From assembly GCA_000320545.1 (NCBI GenBank), contig ADNK01003173.1, positions 7,160 to 71,159 of the forward strand: DNA of 64,000 bases. The letters run 5' to 3'. Shown one piece after another: positions 1-13,200 of this stretch (its first letter is position 1; each line of letters begins with the position of its first letter). The position numbers were made by a program, and so were the translations under genes. The notes beneath the pieces are model-generated. The model saw only the letters and a program-made list of their open reading frames with translations. It ran no database searches and was not told the DNA's origin. The stretch is from Bigelowiella natans CCMP2755 (lineage: Eukaryota; Protista; Cercozoa).

Positions 1-554
1 CACGTGCAACCCTATTTACAAAGAGAAGGAGCTGAATCATCAGCTGGGCCATTCCGGAGCTAAAATTCTCATCGCTGCTCACGCGTTTTTGGACAAAGCT
101 ACAGAGGCAATGAAAGGGACGGCCGTCGAGACCTTGATCGTCATCGGCGGTGAGAAGGCCAGCGAAGGTGCCCTCTCCTTCGAGAAGGTAATGGATAACG
201 ACGGATCTAGGTTCCCAGATGACTTGAAAATCTCGCCGGACGACGTGGCGATATTGCCCTACTCATCGGGGACCACAGGGCTGCCGAAGGGAGTCATGCT
301 TACGCATGGGAACATCTGCGCGAATTTGGCTCAGGTGAGAGACGCGTCCAGCGACATCCATCTACCCGACACCATTATCTTACGCTAGACCCTGGGTATG
401 TCTCTGCCACGCCAGATCTAACCACAAATGTGTCCAATATGTGGTGGAAAGTAGATCGACCACGAGGAGCTTGTGAATCTCTCCCCGAAAGATACGCTTC
501 TAGGGCTCCTTCCATTTTTCCACGTCTACGGAATGGTTGTCATTCTTAATGCAG

Positions 555-585
<31 letters not shown>

Positions 586-1442
586 CAGCAGCAGCAGCAG
601 CAGTAGCGGCAGTAAAATGAACATAGGCATGCGCGTTGATAGACAGCGGGAAGGAGGGAGGGATCGAGCGACTCGACGGTGTAGCTATCGATACGAAAAA
701 CACACCGGCTATTTATGAATCAAATCAGCACTCCGCAAAGGCTCGAAGGTAATTGTAATGTCCAAGTTCGAGCCTGGGGCCTTCCTTACGCTCATTCAGG
801 CGTATAAAGTCACCCTTGCTCACGTTGTGCCTCCGATTGTCGTCTTCCTCGCAAAGCACCCCGTCGTCGCCAAGTTCGACCTTTCCTCCCTCAAGGAGGT
901 GTTCTCCGGCGCCGCGCCGCTCGGTACCTTGATCAGACAGGCCTTCATGCTGTCTTCATGATTAACTGATTCGTTGCGATGGCGTGATGCTGCTGAAGAA
1001 AGTACTGTGACTTTGACGGTGCCCCTACTCGGGGAATGCTATCGTTGCGAAATGTAGCATTGAACGTCATGTACAAAAGACCTTCACAGCTAATCTCTCC
1101 CTTGCCGACCCCCCCCCCCCCTTCCCCCCCTCTCGACTACTTAAAGGAAAGGAACTGACGGATGCGGTCGCTAGAAGATTAAAGCTAGAAAAGACGCGAC
1201 AGGGTTGGGGAATGACTGAGTTGTCGCCTGTGGGCCTCGTAGTACCCAACAGCAGCAAGGTACTGTCTTCTACTATTACTACAGTAGCAATCTAGTCGGC
1301 AGTGTCTTCCAAGCTTGGAGACTATATTGTCAGATAAATGATCGTCTATTCGTGCATATATGTGTGTATGAATGTGTTTCTCCCAGTCCGCACACGCCTC
1401 TCTTTCCCCGGTTTTCCATCATTTCCCCGGCAAAATAGCAAA

Positions 1443-1495
<53 letters not shown>

Positions 1496-2094
1496 CGCGT
1501 TGCTTGACGATGGGCGATGATACATGGGGCCAGGTGTACGGCAGCGCGGGCGTCCTCATTCGGAGCACGGAAGCGAAGCTTGTCGATGTCAAGACGCAGA
1601 GCGTGATCACATCGCCAGGGAAGGAGGGCGAGGTATGGATCCGGGGCCCTCAGGTCATGAAAGGCTACCTGAACAACGAAAAGGCCACAAAGCACACTAT
1701 CGACGAGGATGGTTTTCTCCATACCGGAGACATCGCGGTGGTAGATAAAGACGGCAACTTCTTCATCGTGGACCGCCTCAAGGAGCTGATCAAGTACAAG
1801 GGCTATCAGGTCCCACCCGCGGAGCTGGAAGCGCTCCTCCTCGGCAACGCCAAGATCGCGGATGCAGCCGTCATCGGTGTCCCCGACGAGAAGGCCGACG
1901 AGCTCCCCAAGGCCTTCATCGTGAAGAAAGACGAGTCCCTCACCGCCGACGACGTCATGGGCTACGTTGCGAAGCAGGTGGCGCCTTACAAGAAGATTCG
2001 TCTTGTGGAGTTCGTCGACCAGATTCCGAAGAGTGCCAGTGGAAAGATCCTGCGCCGGGTTCTCCGAGACCGAGAAAAGAGCAAGAAAAAATAG
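1..2094 (+). CDS. 4-coumarate:CoA ligase/luciferase-like acyl-CoA synthetase (multi-exon, 5' end outside window)
   Basis: AMP-binding motif [18 protein letters not shown]; [10 protein letters not shown]; QGWGMTE; [14 protein letters not shown]; FLHTGDI; [22 protein letters not shown]; [11 protein letters not shown]; stop at 2094. Exons are separated by GT-AG introns containing (AGT)n and (CT)n. Confidence 0.93.
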
Positions 2095-3039
2095 GCGTGT
2101 ATCTAAAGATGTAAAAACACATAGTGATGGAAACGACATGTCACTTGCATTCATCGATGCAAATTCAGCCCCATTGATTTGCAAAAATACTAAATGTGCA
2201 GCCATGCGGCCTGAAGCATGCACTTTCTAGATTTGCATGTTCGCATTGGATCGCATCACATCATGTTGACAAATGAGCAAATGGTCGGTCCAGAGATAGA
2301 AGTGCATACATGCACACATGCTGTGAATGCACATTGAAAAAGATTCCACATGTGTGTGCATCGATAGACCGCGCACAAGTGCATGACTGATGCGCTAATA
2401 TGAAAACAAAAACAGCACATACGCACACACGTGCTCCTACTAGCCTAGTGCTGCAGTCATGCGTCGTGTTTCTACGCAGGTCTAGTGGTGACACGTACGT
2501 ACGTACACATGCGGTCGCAGTAGACTTGTGCAACAGTTGCTTGCACAAGTAGCTCACATGCACGGAGCAGTGTCGTCGCATCCTGCCTAGCTGCATCGCT
2601 CGGCCGCTGCAAAGGGCGCGTGTCACACTGCACATGATGCATGCACAACACAACACAACTTAAGCGCTGGGGCCGCTGCATTCTAGCACTGCAAATCTAC
2701 ATTAGTAGAATGATAATTGAAAATTTTTAAATATTCATTACATCCATGTACTATGACATGGTAAATATGTATAAAAATGAGGTATGCAAGACGATGTGCG
2801 GTATAGTATACAACACATTATTGCTTGGATGATGTTGGCATTGAATTATACTCAAATTTGGCGACGATCTACTATCCTTCGATGTTGGTGTTATGATGTG
2901 TAAGAGCAGCCAGGCGGAAAACAGTCTCTTACTTCCCCCGAATATGTTACACGTCAACTCCTAGTAGCACGGAAAGCAATATATCATAATCATAAAGCAC
3001 TCTAAAAGCTCATATTTGACGTGTCGGCGTAGCCATCGG

Positions 3040-3133
3040 TATCATCGATGATCGATGACATTCGTCATTCTCCTCCTATCATCATAGCCGATATACTCAA
3101 TCGTCGTCATTACAATCCTAGTAATAAGGACTT

Positions 3134-3165
<32 letters not shown>

Positions 3166-3505
3166 CTCCTCCTCCTCCTCCTCTTTTTCTCTCTTCCTCC
3201 GCTATATCCTTCTACCTTTGAAGTGTTCCAAGCCACTCGTGATACGCACCGATTCGATCTTGTCACCAACCTGGAAGGAGCAGTCGCACATATGAGGGTA
3301 GGGTGAGGCGCGAGATGTATAGATAAATGGATGCTGCTGCTGCTGCTGCTGCTGTTACTTTTTGCAGCAACTAGCATAGCATATTTATTGAGGAGTAGCG
3401 AAAGACCAAAATCGTCTTATAAAGTCGAACTTAAACGGTGTTGTCATATACCCGAAGCTCACGGAGCGCATCATTGTTCTTTGTCGTGTAGCCTAATCGA
3501 TGATA

Positions 3506-3539
<34 letters not shown>

Positions 3540-3905
3540 GATGATAAGGATGCGGATGGGGATGAGGACGACGGCGGTAGTAATGAAGGCAATCACGATA
3601 CGAATGATGCGATGAGGACAAGTAGGTATTAATAATGATGTTAATGGATGTATTGCTCTTGAAGATGATGATGATCATCAGCTGCTGCTACAAAGATTAA
3701 TTGCGAAGCTATACGTGTCGCCATCCACCTCCTACTCCCCCCCCTCTCACAACATAATATAAACTGCTATTCTCTCACCGAAAACAGCAAAGCGTCCATC
3801 AAGAACATTTGTTCCTGAGTAGTAGTTCGTTCGAGGTAGTGGAGGGGTGAGGAAGCGATGCGCAAACATACGTGCATCATCATCACATCATCATCATCAT
3901 CTTCC

Positions 3906-3938
<33 letters not shown>

Positions 3939-4058
3939 CGATCATAATGTTCACTACGCACCGCTTGGAGTCATGTCGTTGTCCTTGAGCAGCCAGAAGA
4001 TCTAAAGGCGACAGTGATAAGACCAAAGCAAAGAGAGGAAGAACGCATCCGAGGAGGA

Positions 4059-4089
<31 letters not shown>

Positions 4090-5609
4090 AAGAAAAAGAA
4101 GATGATGAAGAATTCCGATGGAAATTGCGTTAAGGTAAAGCAGCGGTAGTTCGACATAAACACAAGCTATGGTGAGCAAAACCAATTGAAATCGTGCTTT
4201 TAACACTAATACCCTCAACTCTTACCCTCTCACCCCCCCCCCTTCATCTCCTTCTTCCCTATCCGTCCGTACCTGCGTATCCGCGCTATTGGGATCGTCA
4301 ATATTGCGCGACATGGCCAAGGTTCTGTGGTTGGTTGCAAAGCCATTACCATTGCATCTCATACTATACTCATATGCCCTCCCTTCTCCCCCCCCCCTCC
4401 CGCTTCTCATGCTTTTTTGCTTTCCTCACCCAAGCGCGTTGAACGGCAATGTCACAGGCTCATCGAATCTTGATACGCTCTCCAGGGTGTACTCGTAGCT
4501 GAGAAGAGAGGCAGAAGAGGATGGGGGGCGAGGGGGGGGAAGTGGATGGGAAAAGGAGAGAATGGCGGAAATCGATCATAAGGAGCGGTTGATGGTTCGC
4601 AAGTTGGTTTGGGGATAGCGGAGGCGAGATGCAACAAGCAATGATGTCTCCTTTCCGATGGACGACGACGCAACAATCTTGTAACATCGCGTCGTTGTCA
4701 TCGTCGTCGGCATCGTCGTTATAGAAGTGCTACTCTTGAAATATTATCTTAATTTTTTATCGATCATCGACAGGTCGCAGCGGTCTCTTCTGTACATTGG
4801 AAGCTTCTGCGTCTCTACTTTGATCTCCAGAGGAATTTGCTCTGCAACTTTCTTCTTGGCCTAGTGAGGGAATCAGGACGGCGGCGGCGGCGATGTTGTG
4901 TTAACCCCGCGACAAAATGACAGTATAAAAGGGCACGCACGGTGTAAAAATCAGACCGAGAAAACATCGAAGATATTTCGAAAGGCGGCGGCCGAACCCA
5001 ACCGTTTCACGTCTCCTCCCCCCCCCCCCCCCCCCCCCTCGCATATCCTTTACAGTTACTGTTTCCACGCACATCTCCTGTTTGAACGATGAAACCGTCG
5101 CTGCGTTGGATCTCCATGTCATCGTAGAAACCCTTCTTTGCCAAAGAGACAAAGCGTCCTATTTGAGCAGCAACAGCAGCATTATTCGCAGTTGTGAGTC
5201 TCCAACTCGGATCAAACAATCACCATTATCACATAACTTGTTTCCAGGAGAGGGGGGGGGGAGGAGGGGGGTCAGGAGGGGGGTCAGGAGGGTAAGGGAA
5301 GCTGGAAAATCAGCAACCTGCTGTGATAGGAGCGTTGTAGCCATCGATAGTCAACTCCATTGTGACGGTCTTGGGGCGTTCTCCTGGAGGCGTCGTCCTC
5401 ACACGTACCTATGATGCGATATCTTGCATATATTTACTCATTATCATTACTACTACTACTCCTCCTCCTCCTCCTCCTCATCCTCCTACTGCTGCTACCA
5501 CTTCGTGGTGAGAACATGATGTTGAATAGCCTGATCATCGGCTGTTTCTTACGGATTAGACTGGTACGGGTTGTCATTTTGTATTATTACTACAGAAAAC
5601 AACTCTATA

Positions 5610-5655
<46 letters not shown>

Positions 5656-6470
5656 GTATTATGTATATGTATACACGGAATATCTACTATATCTCTCCTG
5701 TTGCGACCTCAGCAGTCGCCCGTCCCAGGAGCCTCTCGTGCGAAGCATACTCCTTCTGTGAAAAAGAGCCCACAGTTTGTCGTAAGAACGCACAAAAACA
5801 ACAAGAAGAAGAAGAAGAACAACAACATGATGATGTTCAAGAGAATAAATGTACGCTGATGACATATCGATGTATGGCCTTTTTCAAAGGGGGGATAATT
5901 TATCAGCATTTTTTCGTTTTCTTCTTCCTCTACTCTTCCTCCTCCTGCTCAACCCCCCCCCCCCCCCTTCCCTATATATACCGGGATCTCGAACGGAAAC
6001 TTTTGCACGGAAGCGGTCTGTGTTGGGATGAAACCAATGTATGGGAGTATATGCGTGGGTGTGTCAGTACAAAAAAAACGGGCAAATTAACACCAAAACC
6101 CTCATATCCGCAAAAACCTCCTCGGATCTCATGGAAATGTATTCCATCCCCCCAGGGGGGAAGGATAAAGCTGCTATTTTTTGCCCTATCGTGTAACTAC
6201 CTAAAATTTACGCTTTACGATGTTCGCTCTCCATTGTATTTGAAAAAAAATTTCCCGCTATCCCCCCCCCCCCCCCCCTTCCCCGGTCCTCTCTCTTCTT
6301 GCTATGCAACCTAACGTACTGTACCTTCATTTGGGACACCGAATGCAACGCATTTTGCTGCAAATGGTAGATCTTTTCCATACGGGAAGAGAAACACAAG
6401 CACGCAGAAACAGATACAAATATATAAGAATATATAATAAATATGCGTGTAAGTATGTATTATATATAAT

Positions 6471-6523
<53 letters not shown>

Positions 6524-8078
6524 AATATCACCGCCGATCTTACTCGTATCGTCTTCTCTAGCAGCAGATCAAACATAGGAACTACCTCCTCAACTGTAGC
6601 ACCAGATTCGCTACCCCCATCCAACTTGCTTTTCAGCGCCTCAAGATGCTGCATGTAAGGGGGATTCGAGATCAAATATAAATATTAATATGTCAGGACT
6701 TTATCTAATATATGTGTATATGTGCATATATACACGTGTATACTAATATATTTTTAAAGCTATACATGCATCCGAAACGACGTGCTGTTAAGTACATGAA
6801 GGAAACAAGTGAATAATCCAGCCTGTGATGGAGTGTGTGGTTATTTCTTCTTAAGATATATTTGTTTATGATTCTTTCTGTTGTTGATAGATTCGCATTC
6901 GACCTGATCAAGACTGTTCATCGCATTCACCATCTTAGCCTTTCCATCTTTTGTGCGTATATGGTTTAGCGATTGCGCACCCAACCCCCCGCTACCCACC
7001 CTCATCATCCTTCGTAGTATCATCACCCCCAATCAAAGTACCCCCTTCCCCCCTCTTTCTTTCACTTGTCTTCATTCTAACCATGCATCGTCATTCGCAT
7101 TTTATCAAAAGGCCTCCCCTCCTCCCCCCTTCTTTTCCACCTACTTTCCGGGGGTAGCGTTACAAGATACTCCTGCTGTGAGTTTAGGATGCTGGCGGCC
7201 TCTCTCACCATCTCTCGGAGTTCTCCAGGAGAGCTGACTCTGAGAACAATGAATAAGGACGACGCCGGGGCTTATCAGTGGTGTGCACGTAAGTACACGT
7301 ATGCATACGAAAATCGCGATTGCATGTGCATGCATGCAGGCATGTATGCGTATGGCCCTTTCAATACGCAAATGCCAATACTGTGTAGTAACAACACTAA
7401 TACTATCGTTTGTTGTTCGTACTTGCGGTCTTGGCGCATTTCTATTCCCGTCGTACCTAAGTGAGATTTATACGAGAACTCAAAAAAAAAACAAAAAAAA
7501 GGCCATTTCGCGACATTGTCTCAAGCCGCTGTCATGGAAAACAATCGCCACTGATTTTTCAGTTTAGCTTACACGATTTCTTCATGATATTATCAACAGC
7601 AGCAGGCAACTGCACCACCGCTACTGTCACAACCTATCATGGTGTTGCTGTCTCTGCCTTGCCTGGAGCTCCATCCCCCTAGTCCCTTTTCATCATAAAG
7701 AGTGAAAACGACCACCACAAAACCATGAAAAGGGAGAGAGAGAGAGAGAAGGGGGGAGGGCGGGCTGAATAAAGCTATGAGGTGCGGCAGCGGCAGCTAG
7801 GTGTAGAGAATTGGAAAGCTTTGATATCGTTTTGATATAGAAGCGTGGGAGAAGCCTGTTGTGGGTAGTAGTTCTCTTACCTTTTGCATCGAAAAAAGCT
7901 TTGATTGGAGACTGTCCAGTACCGGGTCTTTGACCGGAATAGCTCTTCGCAGAATCTCGTGCGGATCGCTTATTGGTTCGCTCAGCAACGAAACCTCGGA
8001 GCGTGACTTTCCCCTCGAAATCTATTCCCGATTTCACACATCAAAGCAGCAGTCGTCGCAACCTTTCTCTTACTTGCG

Positions 8079-8113
<35 letters not shown>

Positions 8114-8935
8114 CGTGTGCGTAACGGGCATGCATTACCATTGGATATGCCATTTGCGTTAGATAAGGACCCACGAACAGACCAGGAATGGTGCGACGTC
8201 TAAAGAGATGTGGCAGAGTATTGTGCCTGTCGTCAACATGTGTCGAGTCATAAGCCCCCTCCCACCATTTTTCTGTAGTCCCCCAATTTCTGATACGAGG
8301 TATATATTTGTGTCATAGAGATAGACAACACCGAATGATTGGAAGCTCTTCTCCGCATTTTCCTGACTGCTGAGATTTCGCTCGAGGAATAGTTACAGCC
8401 TGTGATTATGGCATGCGTTTTGAGGAAATTGGAAGAGAGTGATTATTCCGAAGAAAAGAAAAGAGCGAGGTCAGTGGGAGACTACATGAACATGGGATTG
8501 GATGTTCCGAACCCAAACCGCATCATTGAATTATCAGGGAAGTAAAGATTGATGGTTTCATTGAATATTTTTGGTGTCTGTGTGCTTGTGTTTGAGGACG
8601 ACGTCATCCTTCCTAACTCAACATACAAATTCCTATTTTGCCGTGCTCTGAGAAATAAATGTGTGAAATATTTATGAGGACTAGAATGGTAAGCATACCA
8701 CAGATCGAATGGAAGCTGACGGGCTCGCAACTCTCCTCCCAATCGACGTTCCTTCGAAGCAAGCAAGAATTTCCAATCAGGGAAGCGCAGGCATTTTGAT
8801 GCATGAAAACCAAATTTACTCACCTAGGAAGTTCGATCCTTTATCAGCCATGGCGATGAAGATGAGAGCTAGGAAGGAGAGAACTAGGGACGCGAGCGTC
8901 TTCATCGGAGAGGTACGGGAGCGTGCCACTGCCAT
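3040..8935 (-). CDS. CYP38: Thylakoid-lumen cyclophilin CYP38/TLP40 homolog with N-terminal signal peptide (many exons; 3' end approximate)
   Basis: Minus-strand exon fragments in order: [30 protein letters not shown] (8935), [16 protein letters not shown] (~7980), [14 protein letters not shown] (~5350), [91 protein letters not shown] (~3260). Confidence 0.9.
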
Positions 8936-9120
8936 TGTGTGGGAGTGTACTTTGGCGAAAGGCAGAACATGGGATTTTTGCTGATTTTGAACTTACCGAC
9001 GAGACGCATGATGAAAATGGCATTCATTTATTGGTTTCACTTCATCCATTTTCTTTCTCACAGCTCGAGCAAGAGGGGGTACTTGCTCACGTAGTTGCAG
9101 TTTGGAAATTTTCGCTCCTA

Positions 9121-9908
9121 AGTTGCCAGACCTGTGCTCAAATTGACAGAAAATCCCAAGTCGCGAGGGCAACATGAATGGCTTTTCGAGAATGATCGCT
9201 CATTGACTTTGACTTTCACGTGCTGACCACTGTTCATTGTGGGACACGCTTCATCAGCATGTCTTGACACTGCGCTGCTCGTCAAAGAGGAGAGTTTGTT
9301 GGCACTCCTGATCATCCTTTTCTGTGTGTCACAGGTCCGCACCCTGTTTTTTCACGGAAACAACTGCAATCATCCTTGAGTTTTCGTGGTGGGTCTTGCA
9401 GTTGATTGAGAACGCGAGCTGGAGAGGTGTGCACGCACACGAAGTGAAACACAAGCACCACAAGCAACCTTTTTGTTTTGTGCGTGTGTGTTCGTGTGCA
9501 CGTCAGGTTCGATCTCCTGTCGTGAACGGCGGCTTCGTTCACTTTGGACTTGGTGTGCGCACGTTGTTGCGTTGAGTCTGTGCACCACGACACACGTGTG
9601 TGTGTGGGGCGGACGCACGTGTTTCAGTGTTGCACGACATCCTGGCATCGTTCAGCACACGCTGGCACGTGAGTGGTGAGTGTGTGCGCGTGATCGAGTG
9701 ACACACAGCAGCGATGCGATGCATTGATCGAGTGCCGCAGTCTGGCGGCAGTGCACTGCGGCCGTGGACGCTGGCTAGCTGGGACGGCACACGCCAGCAC
9801 GCAACCTGACGCACGCCGGCACGCTGGCACGATGCGAGCTAGCTGGTGGTGACGATCGTGCATCGCAGTGTTGCGTCACGCGTTGCGATGCTGGTGCATG
9901 CATGTAGC
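9121..9908. other. TpA-depleted intergenic island
   Basis: No TA dinucleotide from 9121 to 9775 by manual reading. Confidence 0.9.
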
Positions 9909-10234
9909 TGTAGCGCGTACCACTACGCGGGCACAAGTCACGTGCGACAACAAAGGGGTTGTCGCGGATATAGAATATAGATAACGTAGATATTAATACA
10001 GCATAGGCACGTGGGTTCCGGCGGGACTCATGGCAGCACACCGGAAGTGTGCTGCCCCACGTGCGGCGGCATTCGCGAAAGCTTCGCGAATGATTACGCA
10101 GTGCACGATTTAATAAAAATATAATCTTTAATAAAAATAAACACAACTCTTCAAAAGGAAGCAAACGTGCCTTTCCCCCCCCCTGCCTACTTGTGCACGT
10201 AGCGCCTCGGCCTGTGAACACCTTACGCGCAACA
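9909..10234 (+). repeat. 5' LTR of copy 1
   Basis: Starts TGTAGCGCGTA and ends TACGCGCAACA (10/11 terminal inverted repeat); AATAAA motifs near 10110-10140; appears identical to 15299-15624. Confidence 0.97.
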
Positions 10235-10239
10235 ACCTT

Positions 10240-10257
10240 TGGCTTCCACACACGGGA
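10240..10257 (+). promoter_or_regulatory. Primer binding site (tRNA 3' complement; Glu/Asp-like acceptor suspected)
   Basis: TGGCTTCCACACACGGGA lies 5 nt after the LTR and begins with TGG, the complement of tRNA CCA. Confidence 0.7.
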
Positions 10258-10273
10258 AACGATTTGACTAACA

Positions 10274-13200
10274 ATGTCACAGCAGCTAGAAGAACAGCAG
10301 GACTTTGGCTCGCAGGCCGTGCAAGGGCACGAGCAGAAACAGGAAAGGAAGGGCGATACGGACGCTAAGGAAGGAGGAGGAACACCTCCACAGGCACCGC
10401 CGGGACCAGCACCCGGGATTAAGAAAGCAGATGCAGCAGCAGAGGCACTGGAGAACTTCTACGAGGCGGACGACGAGGACGTGGCCGCCGAAAGCAAGAA
10501 GGTCGTAATGGCATTACGAGCCTTGCGACCCAGGGCGAGCAACTACGCCAAACTGAAAGTATCGATAGAATACAAGTATCAGACACATGATGTTTGGGCA
10601 GCTATCATGCAGGACATCATGGATTACGAAGCAGACTTACCTCCAGAGTGGGCAGCTTTGTTTAGGAACGACGGGGGTCTGGGCGCCTCGCGGGGGACGA
10701 CCTAGAGCACCGTCAAGCAGCAGCAGCCGGTACAGCGGAACACCCAGTTCATGTCTGTTAAAACAGCACCGGTTATGATAACGAAATACAACGGGAAAAG
10801 AGGTGAGGCAAGGAGGTGGTGGAAGAACGCTAGGAGTATACTCTGCGACTTTACCCCTAACCCCACCGAAAACGACAAGCTCAAATGGCTAGCTATAATA
10901 AAGCAAGCCATGGACCTTTACGAGACAGGCAGGACCCGGATCAGGCAGCTAGAGAAAATACACACTACAGTTAGTGGGCTACGAGACGTTGAGGCGATAA
11001 TGAAGGCTTTTGTAAATGAACAGGATGCTAACTCCCTACCCCAGGCTATTAGAAAATACAGAGCAATGATGCAGCATGAGAGAGAACCTGTTAGAGACTT
11101 TGCCACGCGCTTCCAGGATATGATCGACGAACTACATGATTTTAATTACAACACAGGTGATGATCAGGCAAGGTTTGAAGAGTTCAAGTTAAAGATAAAG
11201 GAATCCACTTACGTTACGGAGAAAGGCTACACCACGATGGAGGCAGCAGTGCAGGCTATATCCCTACGCGAGCAGGAGCAGGACCGCAAGTTTACCAGCC
11301 CTAAGGTACCTGGCATAGGAAACATTAACGCTATTAAGCCGCAGCGAGACTGGTACAAGGACAGGGAAGGTAACCGACGTTGCGGATACTGCTCACGTAA
11401 AGGGAAACACACCGCTAAAGACTGCAGAGACAGGAAAGAAGGACGACCCAGGATGACGATCAGGCAGCTCAACGAACACTACGAGAAGTTAAAGAGAAAG
11501 AAAGGCAGAGGACAAGGATATAACAACAGCAAATGGCAAGGCAGCAACAACGGGAAGAACAATAAATATAAGAACAAAAAGCAGAACAGTATCAATGCTA
11601 TACAGCAGCAGATAAACGGAATATTAGATCACCTTAAGCAGGCGCCGACGAAGACAGCAGTACCAGCAACGCAGGACCAAGACAAGCCCATGACCCTAGA
11701 CGACATAAAGAACTTAGGAGTATGCAACATTAATGACGAAGACGCTAACAGGACTATCAAAGTTGCTATGACCAAGGTTAAAGTTAAAGACAGCTACGGA
11801 GACTACAAGAAACTACCTGCCCTTTGGGATAGTGGCAGCATGCCGAAGTCCTTCATAAGCCTAAGCACAGTAAGAAGGTTAGGACTATTGGATCAAGTGA
11901 CTAAGAAAGAACGTAAATATGCTCAAGCAGACGGAAGCTCTTCCATGAAGACCGTCGGTGAGCTAATGCTAAAGCTACAGATACCTGGCAGCGACGCGGA
12001 GACCCAAATCAAGACCCGAGTAGCCATGACTTTATCCATGGAACTACTCCTCGGACAGGATGCCCTAGAAAAATTAGGGGGGATCATATCATTCTACAAT
12101 CACAAGATATACTTTGCTAAGTTGTCAAAGAAGTCAGGCAGGACCATCAGCCAGAACATGATACGGCTTGACGAGTGGACCTCTGAGTCAAGCGTTAATG
12201 CGTTAGAGTTTATGGACCTAGCGGACAACAAGCTACCTACACCTACCGAGCTACGGAAGAAGAACCCCGGCAAGACCATCCGACAGATAACGGAGCTACT
12301 GGACAAGACCCCCCCAGCTGATGATTGGGATATCGACAAAGGCAAAAAGTACATTAATAAAATATTAAACGAGAAGTACTCTGACATCACCAAGCCGACG
12401 ACGAAGCCCTCCAGCAAGCTTACCCCAGTAAAGATCGAGCTAAAGAAGGGATACGAAGAGTGCATCATCAATGACCCAGAACATAGGCGACCGGAAGCGG
12501 ACTGGGAAAAGATAGAGTGGCAGATCAATGAATGGGCAAAGGAAGGGAAGATAGAGCCAAGCAACTCACCATGGAACGTGAGACATGTGCTAGCTAAGAA
12601 ACCTACTTACCCTTTCTTCCGCCTGGCGCACAACTTCATCCGCCACAACCGAGTAATAAAGAGGATCCAGACACCTACACCAAGGATAGATGACGTTATT
12701 GAACACGTCATAGGATACAAATACTACTCTTCCCTAGATAAAAATGAATCATACATGCAGACACCCATCCACAAAACCTCCCGCCCCATTACCGCGTTCT
12801 CCAGCAGGCACAGGAAGTGGCACTTCGTCGTATTCCCTTACGGCCTAAGCATATCAGGGGATGCGTTCAGTAGTCAGAACTACAGGGCATACACACATGA
12901 TGGGATGGCGTCTGTGTTGTGGGTGTTTGTGTTTGTGTATGTGGATGATGACATAATATGTACCAACACAGTCGTCGCTCAGATCTTCCTCCTGGAAAAT
13001 ATATTTATTAGGTTTGCACACTTCGGTTTTACTATTAGACTGCAGAAGTGTACATTCCTAGCTACAAGAATCAAGTGGTGTGGATATTACCTGGAGCAAG
13101 GCCGCATCACCCCAAACCCCGAGAAAGTAGCAGCACTACAGCAAGCCCCTAAACCTAAGAATGCAAAGGAGTTAAAGTCATTCTTGCAGACTGCAGCTTG

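Noticed and set aside
3042-7237. Many ORFs with poly-D/I/L/M/S/YI tracts
   Set aside because: These are translations of intronic microsatellites.
9121-9908. Explanation of the islands by CpG-methylation decay or RIP
   Set aside because: CpG is abundant in the tract, and RIP would enrich rather than remove TpA.
9775-10251. 158-170 aa antisense ORF appearing three times (also 15252-15764 and 51147-51563)
   Set aside because: It recurs only because the LTR is repeated; its ends differ with the flanks and it has no protein-like motifs.
10703-10705. Programmed stop-codon readthrough
   Set aside because: The stop lies in the N-terminal part of Gag, not at the gag-pol border, and the sister copy has CAG.
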